DNA of 64,000 bases from an uncultured Alphaproteobacteria bacterium (GTDB taxonomy: Bacteria > Pseudomonadota > Alphaproteobacteria > CAVTAV01): assembly GCA_963732795.1 (NCBI GenBank), contig CAVTAV010000003.1, forward strand, positions 194,674-258,673, given 5' to 3'. Below the pieces are notes generated by a model. It worked only from the letters and a program-made list of their open reading frames with translations, did no database searches and was not told the DNA's origin. Below are positions 11,461 to 21,977 of this stretch, one piece after another. The position numbers and the translations under genes were made by a program. Every line of letters begins with the position of its first letter. The first letter of the stretch is position 1.

Positions 11461-12698
11461 TGGCGGGTGCGAGCGCTAAGGTCCATGCCCCGGTCCGGGG
11501 TTTCGAGACGAAGGACCATCGTCTACAGATCGGGGGAATGGCCGTCGACCGCCTGGCCGAGCGGATCGGACGGACGCCGTTCTTCGCCTATTCCCGCGAT
11601 CTCATCACCCATCGCGTCGGCGAGTTGCGCGAGGCGCTGCCCAAGGAGGTTTTGCTTCACTATGCGGTGAAGGCGAATCCGATGCCGGCGGTGGTCCAGC
11701 ACCTCTCGGGCCTCGTCGATGGCTTCGACGTCGCGAGCGGCGGCGAGTTGCAGCTTGTGCTCGACACGGCGATGCCGCGCGATGAGATCAGCTTCGCCGG
11801 CCCCGGCAAGACGAATGACGAGATCCGCGAGGCGGTGGCCGCGGGGATCGTGATCAATCTCGAATCGGCGCGGGAGATGGAGCGGGCGGCGGATGCCGGC
11901 GCCGCGCTCGGCGTGACGCCGAAGGTCGCGGTGCGGATCAATCCCGATTTCGAGCTCAAATCCGCCGGGATGCAGATGTCGGGCGGGCCCAAGCAATTCG
12001 GCGTCGATGCCGAGGTCGTGCCGCAGATGCTCGGCCGTATGCGCGATCTCGATCTCGACTTCCGCGGCTTCCATATCTTCAGCGGCTCGCAGAACCTGAA
12101 GGCCGAGCAGCTCATCGAAGCGCAGCGCAAGACGATCGAGCTTGCGGTGTCGCTCTCGGCCCATGCGCCGGCCCCGGTCCGGATGCTGAATATCGGCGGC
12201 GGGTTCGGGATTCCCTATTTCCCCGGCGACGAACATCTCGACATCAAGACGGTTGGCGGCAAGCTCGCCGAGCAGATGCCGAAGGTCGCGGACGCGATGC
12301 CCGAGGCCAAGGTCATCATCGAGCTCGGCCGTTACATGGTCGGCGAGGCGGGCATCTATGTCGCGCGGGTGATCGACCGGAAAGTATCCCGCGGCCAAGT
12401 CTTCCTCGTGACCGATGGCGGGCTGCACCACCATCTCCCCGTTTCCGGCAATTTCGGCCAGGTGCTGCGCAAGAACTATCCGCTGGCGATCGCCAATAAG
12501 ATGGATCTCGAAGCGGTGGAGACCGTGGACGTGGTCGGCTGTTTGTGTACGCCCCTGGACCGGCTCGGCGACAAGTGCCATCTGCCGCGCGCCGAGGAGG
12601 GCGACCTGGTCGTCATCTTCCATTCGGGAGCTTATGGGCCGACCGCGAGCCCGGCCGGTTTCTTGAGCCATCCCGCCCCCGCTGAGGTTCTGGTATAG
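11460..12698 (+). CDS. Pyridoxal-dependent decarboxylase (LysA-like), exosortase A-associated
   Basis: YAVKAN (PLP Lys), DVASGGE, GPGK, NIGGGFG, ELGRY, GCLCTPLD, GAYG; TGATG overlap with the ligase. Confidence 0.93.
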   Translation: MAGASAKVHAPVRGFETKDHRLQIGGMAVDRLAERIGRTPFFAYSRDLITHRVGELREALPKEVLLHYAVKANPMPAVVQHLSGLVDGFDVASGGELQLVLDTAMPRDEISFAGPGKTNDEIREAVAAGIVINLESAREMERAADAGAALGVTPKVAVRINPDFELKSAGMQMSGGPKQFGVDAEVVPQMLGRMRDLDLDFRGFHIFSGSQNLKAEQLIEAQRKTIELAVSLSAHAPAPVRMLNIGGGFGIPYFPGDEHLDIKTVGGKLAEQMPKVADAMPEAKVIIELGRYMVGEAGIYVARVIDRKVSRGQVFLVTDGGLHHHLPVSGNFGQVLRKNYPLAIANKMDLEAVETVDVVGCLCTPLDRLGDKCHLPRAEEGDLVVIFHSGAYGPTASPAGFLSHPAPAEVLV

Positions 12699-12700
12699 TC

Positions 12701-14593
12701 ATGGTCGGTATCGCAGGCTGGATCGATTTTTCGCGTCCCCTCGGCGCGCCCGAGGAGATCGCCCGATCCATGGCGGCGGGGCTCGGCAACGGGCTCGGCG
12801 GCGATACGGTCCTGCGCGCCACACCCCATGCCGGCCTCGCGCTTTGTGCCCATCCCAAGATGGCATCTAGCTATTTCGGCGAGGAGCTTTGGGCGGTGAT
12901 TCACGGCTATCCCCGCTGGCATGATCGAGTTTGGCCGAGGCCGCACGCGCCATGGGCGATGCGCGCGCGCTTGCCGACGGCTATGCCCGATTCGGCCGTG
13001 ACGTCCTGAAGAAGCTCGGCGGTGCCTGCTCGGTCGCGATCGTCGATCTGGCCAACCGCGCGGTCCTCGCCGCCGTCGATCGCGTCGGCATCGAGACCAT
13101 GTGCTATGCCAGCCCGAGCCCGGGCGTTCTGGTCTTCGGTACGCGGACGACGGCCGTCGCGCGGCATCCCTCGGTTTCGTCGACGCTGTCGAATCAGGCG
13201 TTCTACAATTATGTCCAGAGCTTCGTGATCATGGCGCCGGTCACGATCTTCGACGAGCAGAAGAAACTTCAGCGCAGCGAATTCGTCGAGCTAAGGAACG
13301 GACGTGTCGACACCGGCGTCTATTGGGAGACCGGTTACGTGTCCGATGGCCCGGTCGACGAGGCCGCGCTCATGGCCGATACGCGGCAAGCATTGCGGAA
13401 CGGTGTCGCACGAACGATCGAAGGCGAGGATATCGCAAAGGTCGGCGCGTTTCTGAGCGGCGGTCTCGACAGCAGCACGGTCTCCGGTTTCCTGAAGGAA
13501 GTGGGCGGCCGCGCGCGAACCTTCACCATCGGCTTCGGTGTCGAGGGCTTCGACGAAACGCCCTATGCCCGCATGGCGGCCGACCACTTCGGGACCGAGC
13601 ACACAGAAATCATCGTCACGCCCGACGACATGCTCGAACTGATGCCCAAGATTCGCGAAGTCTACGATGAGCCCTTCGCCAATGTGTCTCTGATCCCGGC
13701 TTTCTGCTGCGCCAAGCGGGCGCAGGAAGCCGGCGTGGAGGTCATGCTGGCCGGCGACGGGGGCGACGAGCTGTTCGGCGGGAACGAGCACTACGTCAAT
13801 GCGCTTCGGATCGAAAGCTACGCCAAGCTTCCCAAGCTTCTGCGCACCTGTCTGATCGAACCGATTGCGATGGGAGTGCCCGGGCTGTCGTGGATCAAGC
13901 CGATCTACAAGGCGCGGCGCTGGATCGAGCAATTTCGCATCCCGATCGTCGACCGGATCCATCCTCTGATATCTTCCGGGAGACTGGACACTCACGTCGA
14001 TCTTCGAGCCCGGGATGCTCGACGGCGTCGAGCTTGACGGCGATCACGTGATTCAGCGCGCGATCTTTTCGTCGACCCGGTCGCCTTCGCCGTTGCAGCG
14101 GATGCTCAATCTCGACATGCAGGTCGTGCTCGCCGACAACGACCTGCGGAAGGTCAATCGAATGTGCGAGCTTGCGGGCGTGCGGGTCCGCTATCCGATG
14201 CTCGACGAAGACGTCATGGACGTGGCCGCCCGAATCCCGCCGGATGTCATGATCCCCGACCTGAAGCTGCGCGACTTCTATAAGCGGACGTTCAGCAACT
14301 TCCTGCCTGATGGGATCATCAACAAGAAGAAGCACGGCTTCCACCTGCCGGCCCTTGTCTGGATGATGGACGACGGCCGCCTTCGCGATTATGTCCTGGA
14401 CTGCCTGGCGTCCTTTCGAAAGCGCCACATCATGAACGCCACCTTCTTGGCGGAAGTCGCGAACTATCGGGACCACGAGGACAGTTACGGCATTGCGGGG
14501 TTGGCTTTGGATCTCGCGTTTCTGGAATTGTGGCTCGAAAACCACATCGATGCGGCCGCACAAAGCAAGACCAATAGCCTGAAATTCGTCTGA
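12701..14593 (+). CDS. Asparagine synthase-like amide ligase (two frame breaks)
   Basis: MVGIAG start (Cys replaced), FLSGGLDSS, YDEPFAN, GDGGDELFGG, DNDLRKV, RYPMLD, KKKHGF. Confidence 0.85.
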
Positions 14594-14729
14594 CACCCGG
14601 CGGGCAGACCACGCCCTATCTGTCCTAGAATGGCACAGGCGAAACGCCGGGGGTGTTTGAATTCAAGAAAAGCCGCCGCTCCGGCTCTCATTAACCTTGA
14701 TAATCCCCCAGAATTCTGCGGTTTCCAGG

Positions 14730-14745
14730 TGGCATGGCACTTGCA
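14730..14745 (+). promoter_or_regulatory. Sigma-54 (-24/-12) promoter
   Basis: TGGCATGGCACTTGCA = TGGC-N7-TTGCA, upstream of the polysaccharide export operon. Confidence 0.7.
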
Positions 14746-15027
14746 CCTGATGGGCCGTGCAGGCACGCGGCGCAATCTTCGATTTCTTTTGGATCAGACG
14801 AACGCCTGCGATGCCGAAACCGAGAGGTTTCAATGAAGATCGAATGGGCGAAGGGTATGAGTTTCTTAACACCTTTCAAGGTAAATGGGACCGTATTCTG
14901 CAAGGAACCGGGGGCCGGCTTTTGGTTTGTTTTCTGTTGGTTCGTCATCCGATTCTCTCGTCGGAATACCCTCGTAACGTGGTTACCTTCACCGGGTCGT
15001 TAGAGCTGAGAAAGGCGGGAAACTGTC

Positions 15028-15666
15028 GTGTCTGATAATCGCAAAAAGCTTTTGGGGATTGGTCCGATTCTGATCGGTGCGGCCGCCCTTCTGCTGGCTG
15101 CATGTGCAAGTCATGGAACGCTGCCGTCGGCGGCGTTTGTCAGCCCCAAAGAGGGACCGGGACCGGATTACATCATCGGTCCGTTGGACACCCTCCAAAT
15201 CTTTGTGTGGCGCAACGACGAAGTCTCGACGTCCGTCACGGTTCGGCCCGACGGCCGGATTTCGGTCCCGTTGATCGACGATCTACCGGCAACCGGCAAG
15301 ACCTCTACGCAGCTTGCTCATGATATCGAGCAGGCCCTGAGCAAGTATATAAAAGATCCCCTCGTCACCGTGATGGTTAACGGCTTTACCGGGCCGTTCG
15401 CGCAGCAGGTCCGCGTCGTCGGCGAGGCCCAGCAGCCGCAGGCCATCCCCTATCGGGCCAACATGACCTTGTTGGACGTGATGATCCAGGTCGGTGGCCT
15501 GACTGAATTCGCCGCCGGAAACCGCGCCACGCTGGTGCGGATGGAAGGCGGCAAGCAGAAGCAATATCACCTTCATATCGCCGACCTCGTCAAAGACGGC
15601 GACGTGCGGGCGAATGTCGAAATTCTGCCGGGCGACGTGATCATCATTCCGGAGAGCTTCTTCTGA
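15028..15666 (+). CDS. wza: Polysaccharide export lipoprotein (Wza/OPX-like), XrtA system
   Basis: Lipobox LLAAC; YIIGPLD, VRPDGRISVPLI, GGLTEFA, PGDVIIIPES. Confidence 0.92.
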   Translation: MSDNRKKLLGIGPILIGAAALLLAACASHGTLPSAAFVSPKEGPGPDYIIGPLDTLQIFVWRNDEVSTSVTVRPDGRISVPLIDDLPATGKTSTQLAHDIEQALSKYIKDPLVTVMVNGFTGPFAQQVRVVGEAQQPQAIPYRANMTLLDVMIQVGGLTEFAAGNRATLVRMEGGKQKQYHLHIADLVKDGDVRANVEILPGDVIIIPESFF

Positions 15667-15809
15667 TCGGATGATCCCGGAGTGACGGTCAATGCGGCAA
15701 GTGGAGTCAATATTTAAGCCGGGTTAGCCGGAAAGACCAACGAAGTACTGAGGCAACTCGTATCCAAAGAGCAAGGCAACACGATTGTGAGTAACCAGGA
15801 TACAGAACG

Positions 15810-17415
15810 ATGAAAGACGTATATCAACAAATAGTTGCCCATCTGTACGCAGTCTGGCAACGGCGCTGGCAAGCTGTCATCACCGCGTGGGCCGTCTGTT
15901 TCGTCGGCTGGGTCGTGGTCTACATGGTCCCGGACAAATACGAGTTGTTTGCCCGGATCTATGTGAACACGGACACGGTGCTTCGCCCGCTCATGAGGAA
16001 TCTGGCGGTCGACACGGAAGGTGACGTTGTCGACAAACTGGCGACGATCCAACAGACGATGCTCAGCCGACCTAATCTCGAGAAGGTCCTGCGCATGACC
16101 GACATGGATCTCAGTGCCACATCGGGTTCCAGCACGCAGAAGAAGGTCAACGAGTTGGCGCAGAACGTGAAGCTCGAGCTTCAGGATGGCGTCAACATCT
16201 TCCGGGTGTCCTACCAGAACTCCGATCCGGCCGTTGCCAAGCGTGTCGTGCAGTCCCTGCTCACGATCTTCGTTGAGAGCAATCTCGGCGTGAATCGCAA
16301 GGAACTGGCCGGCGCCCGTCGGTTCATCGACAATCAGCTCAAGGAATATGAGCGTCAGCTCCAGGAAGCCGAGAAACGTCGCGCCGATTTCCAGCGCAAC
16401 AATATCGGGTATTTGCCTGGTGATCAGAACTATCTGCAGCAGCTTGAGACAGCGAAGACGAATTTGAGGCAGAGCGAAAGCGATCTGAAGGACGCCAAAG
16501 TTCAGCTTTCAGAGATGAAGAAATACATGTCCGGGCTGTCGCCGCGTCTCGAAGTCACCAATCCGTCGGCCTATGGACCGCCGATCGGTGGTGGTATTGC
16601 GACGAGCACAATAAACACGACGATTGCGGCCCGAATTGCAACGCTGAGGGCGAATATCGACGATCTCAAGGCGCGCTTCACCGCCAATCACCCCGACGTC
16701 GTGGTGGCCCAGCGTCAGCTCGATGAGCTTCTGGCGCAGGTCAAGGCGCAACAAAGCGGAGTGAGTGCGACGAACGGCCAGGGCGACAATTCGGATTCTG
16801 GCGGCAAACGCCACGGTGTCAAATCCGGTCTACGAGCAGGTCATGGTCAAGGTGATCGACCAGGAGTCCAAGGTCGCCGTTCTTCAGGGGCGTGTTCTGG
16901 ATCAACGTCAGCAGGTCGCCAAGCTCGACGAGGAGGCCAAGACGGTTCCGGAAGTCGAAGCCAAGATGGCCCGCATGGACCGCGACTACAACGTCCTCAA
17001 GGCCAACTACGACAGTCTGCTGTCGACCCGCGAGAGCGCCAAGATCGCGACCGACATGGAAACCAATTCGGATAACGTGCAGTTCCGTGTGATCGACCCG
17101 CCGACGACGTCGCTGCGTCCGGTCACGCCGAATCGGCCGCTTCTCCTGTCCGGCGTCCTTCTTCTGGGTGTCGTGACCGGTATCGCCGTGGCCTTCCTGC
17201 TGAGCCAGATCCACTCGACCTATCTGACGGTGCAGCGTCTCCGCGAGGAGTTCGCTCTGCCGGTGGTCGGCTCGATCTCGGCGGTGCTTCTGCCCGAGGC
17301 CCGGCGCCAGCGAGTGACTGAAGCCGTGACCTTTGCGGCGTGTTTCGGCGGACTGCTGATCGCCTATGGAGGTGTGATGTTGCTCGACAGCCTGTTCATG
17401 AGTGCGGGCGCGTAG
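15810..17415 (+). CDS. Polysaccharide chain-length determinant (Wzc periplasmic part), frame break near 16810
   Basis: N-terminal TM, MLSRPNLEKV, coiled coil, HPDVV, FRVIDPP...PNRPLL and C-terminal TMs. Confidence 0.9.
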
Positions 17416-17444
17416 GCGACCAGAGAGTATGCGAGGATCAGACC

Positions 17445-18385
17445 ATGTCTATTATTGATAAGTCGACCGCCAAAGCGAAGGAAGAGGAGGGCAGCTCTCT
17501 GGTCGAGCGCGCGAGCGGCAAGATCAGCGACGTCAGCGCAAACGACCAGGCCGCCACGCCGAAAAAGGCGCAGGACGCCCCCAAGATCAAGAGCAAGGGG
17601 CGTAAGGCGGCAAAGCCGACACCTTCGAACGATACCGGCACGCGTCATAGCAAGCGCGCCGTCATCGATCTCGAACGGCTCCGGGTCGGCAAACATCCTG
17701 ACGCCGGACAGCGATCCCGGCCAGACCTTCGAGGAGTTCCGGATCGTCAAGCGTCAGCTCCTGAACAATGCGTTCGGTGTCGGCGACAAGGCGATCAAGA
17801 ACGGGAACCTCATGCTGGTCACGAGCGCCGAGCCCGGCGAGGGCAAGACGTTCTGCGCCATCAACCTGGCCATGAGCATCGCCTCCGAGCAGGACCTCAC
17901 GGTCCTTCTGGTCGATGCCGACGTGTCCAAGCCTGACGTTCTCTCGTCACTCGGCGTGCAGGGCGGCAAGGGCCTGATGGATATCATCGCCGATGATTCC
18001 GTCGATGTGGCCGATTGTCTGCTCAAGACGAATATCGAGAACCTGACGCTCCTGCCGGCAGGCCGGGCGCACAAGCTCTCGACCGAGTTGATGGCATCGG
18101 AGCGTATGGGGCGGTTCGTCAAGGAAATTGCGCAACGCTACCCTGATCGCGTAATTATCTTCGAACTCCGCTCCCGCGCTGGCGAGCAGTGTGCCTGGCG
18201 TTCTTGCGATGCATGTCGGCCAGGTCCTGTTCATCGTCGAGGCGGAACGGACGAGGGAGAGCCAGGCCAAGGAAGCCCTGTCGATGTTGAGCTCCTGCAA
18301 GTATATCAGCTTGCTCCTCAACAAGGCTCGGTTCACCAGCGGCATCAAGCGCTTCGGTTCCTACGAAGGTTATGGATATCCATAG
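17445..18385 (+). CDS. Protein-tyrosine autokinase (BY-kinase), XrtA-associated (frame breaks)
   Basis: EEFRIVKR, Walker A SAEPGEGKT, LLVDAD, C-terminal Tyr cluster GSYEGYGYP. Confidence 0.9.
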
Positions 18386-18396
18386 AGTCAAGCGAC

Positions 18397-19917
18397 GTGA
18401 ACATTGAACAGATTCATTCAATCTCAGTTCGTCGGTCGGTTTTGGGAAACAGGGGGGCGCTTCTGGCGGGCGTATGCCTCGCCCCCTTCATCGCGACCGC
18501 CCTTTCGAACACGGCGTCAGCGGCGGACTGGCGGCTGATCCCGTCCGTCAGCTTCGGCGAGACGTATACGGACAACGTCCGCCTCTCCAACACCAACAAA
18601 CGAGATGACTGGGTCCAGTCGATCCAGCCGCGGCTTCAGCTGACGACCGAAGGGCGACGCATTACCGCAGACATCACGGGCGGGGTCGATTACCTCTACT
18701 TCGATCGTCTGAATAAAGACGACCTTCGTCCGGACGTCCAAGGAACGGCTACGATCGACGCGGTTCCCGATCTATTGCGGATCCAGGCGAACGTGTCAGT
18801 GACCCAGCGCCTTATCAATCCCGCCGGTGTTTTCTCGATCTCGCAGTTCAATGACACTACCAACCGGCAAACGCTCCAGCTCTATTCGGCCGGCCCGACG
18901 CTTTATCACCGCTTCGGAGGCTTCACCGACGCCCAGCTGACCTATCAGTTCAGCTTCACGAATGCCAACCGGATCAATCAGGTGGTTGGGGGGCCGCTGA
19001 CCCAAACGCTCAGCAATCGCTATCTGCACAACTTGCTCTTCCAGGCGGATAGCGGCGACGATTTTACAAGATTTACCTGGAGCGCGACCGCCAACTATTT
19101 GAATTCTACCGCGCGGAACAGGTCGACCACGCCGCCGACGTCGAGGAATCGAGAAAGATTCCTCAGCCAGGTGACCGGGAACTACGAGATCAATTCGACT
19201 TTGGCCGCGATCGTTCAGGGTGGCTACGACTATATCGGCGGCGTCGCCACGGTCGGCCCAGGCCGGCCACTCAGGGGCGGATTCTGGTATGAAGGCGGAT
19301 TCCAGCTGAATGGGCCGCGGACGACGTTTCAGTTTCTCGCTGGTCGGCGATTCGGCGGGTTGGCTATCGACGCGAATCTGACCTACCGCATTTCTAGCCG
19401 TACGTCGTTGTCGGCGAGTGTCACGCAGGATATCACGTCGTCCGCGGCCCGATTGATCTCGCTTCTTGGTCTTGCGGCCGCATCCGATTTTGCGACAACC
19501 TTCGGGCTTGATCCTCAGTTTACGCTGTCGGACGAACTCTATTATAGCCGGCGGGGACAGCTGCAACTGAACGGATCGCGCGGAAAGAACTCTTTCAGCA
19601 TCATGGGTTACGTCAATCGCCGGTCGTTCCGAATCGTGCCGCGCAGCGACTTGATCTATGGCGGTCGGGTCACTTGGTCGCGTCAGCTCAATCGGAAATG
19701 GACGTTCGATTCGCTCGGGCTCTATACCCACCAGCATTTCAACAACGTCACGTTCCGCCGCGATGATATTATTGCGGGTCAGCTTGGCCTAACCGACAAC
19801 TTCGCGCGAAGCTTCAATGCGTCGCTAACCTACCGATACAGCTATCGGCACTCGAACGTGCAGATCTTCAACGTCCAAGAGAACGCCGTTACCTTGCTTT
19901 TAACCGCGATATTCTAG
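18397..19917 (+). CDS. Outer-membrane beta-barrel, PEP-CTERM EPS system
   Basis: Signal peptide (...ASAA), ETYTDNV, alternating beta-strand pattern, C-terminal ENAVTLLLTAIF. Confidence 0.85.
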   Translation: MNIEQIHSISVRRSVLGNRGALLAGVCLAPFIATALSNTASAADWRLIPSVSFGETYTDNVRLSNTNKRDDWVQSIQPRLQLTTEGRRITADITGGVDYLYFDRLNKDDLRPDVQGTATIDAVPDLLRIQANVSVTQRLINPAGVFSISQFNDTTNRQTLQLYSAGPTLYHRFGGFTDAQLTYQFSFTNANRINQVVGGPLTQTLSNRYLHNLLFQADSGDDFTRFTWSATANYLNSTARNRSTTPPTSRNRERFLSQVTGNYEINSTLAAIVQGGYDYIGGVATVGPGRPLRGGFWYEGGFQLNGPRTTFQFLAGRRFGGLAIDANLTYRISSRTSLSASVTQDITSSAARLISLLGLAAASDFATTFGLDPQFTLSDELYYSRRGQLQLNGSRGKNSFSIMGYVNRRSFRIVPRSDLIYGGRVTWSRQLNRKWTFDSLGLYTHQHFNNVTFRRDDIIAGQLGLTDNFARSFNASLTYRYSYRHSNVQIFNVQENAVTLLLTAIF

Positions 19918-19927
19918 TCTGGGACCC

Positions 19928-21001
19928 ATGTACGCCGCGTTTTACAATCTCACCGGCCGGCCGTTTCAGCTTACGCCTGATCCGCGCTTCTATTTCAGCA
20001 GCCGGACCCACAAGAAGGCGATGGCCTATCTCACCTACGGTATGAACCAAGGCGAGGGCTTCATCGTCATCACGGGTGATATCGGCGCCGGCAAGACCAC
20101 CTTGGTGGGACATATGTTCGAGGAGCTCGACCGCGAGAAATACATCGCGGCCACCGTGGTCACCACCCAGCTCGACGCCGACAACGTGCTCCGCATGGTC
20201 GCAAAGGCCTTCGGTATCGCCCAGGAAGGCATGGACAAGGCCACGCTTCTGGAGCGCATCGAGGCATTCCTGATCGATAGCCACAACCGCGGCAAGCGCG
20301 TTCTGCTGATCGTCGACGAAAGCCAGAACCTGCCGACGGGCGCGCTCGAAGAGCTGAGGATGCTGTCGAACTTCCAGTTCGACGACCGGCCGCTGTTGCA
20401 GAGCTTCCTCCTCGGCCAGCCGCAGTTCCGAGACAAGCTTGCGAACGACCCGGACCTGGAGCAGCTTCGCCAGCGCATCATCGCGTCCTATCACCTGGAG
20501 CCGATGCAGGAGGCCGAGACGGCATCTTATATCGAGCACCGGCTGCAGCATGTCGGCTGGAAGGACGATCCGTCCTTCACCCGCGAGGCGTTCCGCCGGA
20601 TCCACGAATTTACGGACGGCGTGCCGCGCAGGGTGAACACGTTGGCCTCGCGCGTTCTGCTGTTTGGCTATCTCGAGGAACTGCACGAGATCAATCTCGA
20701 CGTGGTCAACGAGGTCATCGAGGATCTGGAGCGCGACAACGAAGCCGGAAGCGAGCCCGAGGAGCCCGTGATCGGCGAAGTCGAGATCCCGAACAAGAAG
20801 GCGGCCGACCGCCCCGCAGTCAGCACCGGCGGCGCCGCGGCCGGGACGCAGAAGAAATACATCGATACGGATCTGAGCCGCCGTATCGAAGTGCTCGAGC
20901 GCAACCTTCTCGCGCAGCAAAAGACCTTGGACCGCGCACTCGAGATCGTTGCAAGCTATTTCGATCGGTTCGAGGGGGGCGAGTCGCCCGACGTGGATTA
21001 G
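19928..21001 (+). CDS. ExeA-like AAA ATPase, XrtA/PEP-CTERM-associated
   Basis: PFQLTPDPRF, Walker A GDIGAGKTT, Walker B IVDESQ, LLGQPQ, GVPRRVN. Confidence 0.92.
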   Translation: MYAAFYNLTGRPFQLTPDPRFYFSSRTHKKAMAYLTYGMNQGEGFIVITGDIGAGKTTLVGHMFEELDREKYIAATVVTTQLDADNVLRMVAKAFGIAQEGMDKATLLERIEAFLIDSHNRGKRVLLIVDESQNLPTGALEELRMLSNFQFDDRPLLQSFLLGQPQFRDKLANDPDLEQLRQRIIASYHLEPMQEAETASYIEHRLQHVGWKDDPSFTREAFRRIHEFTDGVPRRVNTLASRVLLFGYLEELHEINLDVVNEVIEDLERDNEAGSEPEEPVIGEVEIPNKKAADRPAVSTGGAAAGTQKKYIDTDLSRRIEVLERNLLAQQKTLDRALEIVASYFDRFEGGESPDVD

Positions 21002-21014
21002 GCGAGTCGCCGAG

Positions 21015-21968
21015 ATGAGTAGCTCGCGTCAGTCGCCGGGGCGTCGTGAAGAGTTAGTCGCGAACGATACGGCGGCCATCCCCGGCCGGAATTTCCCGAT
21101 CAAGAACTGCATGTCCGTGGACGTGGAAGAGCACTTCCAGGTCCAGGCGTTCGCGTCCACGATCGACCGCGCGGATTGGGACAATTACGAAAGCCGGGTC
21201 GAGCGGAATACCGATCGCATCCTCGGCATCTTCGACGACGCCGACATTAAGGCGACCTTCTTCACGCTCGGCTGGGTCGCGGAGCGGCACCCGGACCTGA
21301 TCCGGCGGATCGTCGCCCAGGGCCACGAGCTCGCGAGCCACGGCTATTCCCATATCCTGATCCATAGTCAGACGCCGGAGGAGTTCCGGGCCGATGTGCG
21401 CCGGACCAAATCCATCCTGGAGGACATCGGCGGAGTCGGCATCCGTGGCTATCGCGCGGCGACATTCTCGTTGGACCGGCGCTGTCTCTGGGCCCATGAC
21501 GTGCTGGCGGAGGAGGGCTATCGCTATTCCTCCAGCATCTTCCCCGTAAACCGCGATCTCTATGGCATGCCCGACGCGCCGCGCACCGCCTATCGTGCCG
21601 GCGGCGAGCAGAAGCTGGTCGAGGTGCCGCTCACGACCGTCCGCGTGTTCGGGCGGAATCTCGCCTATTTCAGCGGCGGCGGCTTCTTCCGGCTGATCCC
21701 CTATCCGATCTCGCGGATCGCCTTCCGCCACGTGAACGCCCACGACCACGCGCCCTGCATCTTCTATTTCCATCCCTGGGAGATCGATCCCGACCAGCCG
21801 CGGATCGAGAATGCGCCGGCGAAGTCGCGCTTCCGGCACTATGTCAATCTCGGCGTGATGGAGCGCAAGATCCGCGCGGCCTTGAAGGATTTTTCCTGGG
21901 CGCGCATGGACGAGATCTTTCTCGGCGGCGGCGCCCGCGCCGGAAGCGCCAACGACAACCGGACCTAG
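21015..21968 (+). CDS. Polysaccharide deacetylase, XrtA system
   Basis: SVDVEEHFQV, ATFFTLGWVA, HELASHGYSH, GYRAATFS, YFHPWEIDPDQP. Confidence 0.92.
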   Translation: MSSSRQSPGRREELVANDTAAIPGRNFPIKNCMSVDVEEHFQVQAFASTIDRADWDNYESRVERNTDRILGIFDDADIKATFFTLGWVAERHPDLIRRIVAQGHELASHGYSHILIHSQTPEEFRADVRRTKSILEDIGGVGIRGYRAATFSLDRRCLWAHDVLAEEGYRYSSSIFPVNRDLYGMPDAPRTAYRAGGEQKLVEVPLTTVRVFGRNLAYFSGGGFFRLIPYPISRIAFRHVNAHDHAPCIFYFHPWEIDPDQPRIENAPAKSRFRHYVNLGVMERKIRAALKDFSWARMDEIFLGGGARAGSANDNRT

Positions 21969-21977
21969 GTCAGCCCC

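Noticed and set aside
10662-12698. 678-aa decarboxylase with a long N-terminal extension
   Set aside because: The extension is an off-frame read of the acyl-CoA ligase; the real start is ATG 11460.
17455-19917. Apparent 820-aa tyrosine kinase-beta-barrel fusion
   Set aside because: The kinase's true N- and C-termini lie in other frames (17445; Tyr cluster ending 18385), and the barrel has its own signal peptide.
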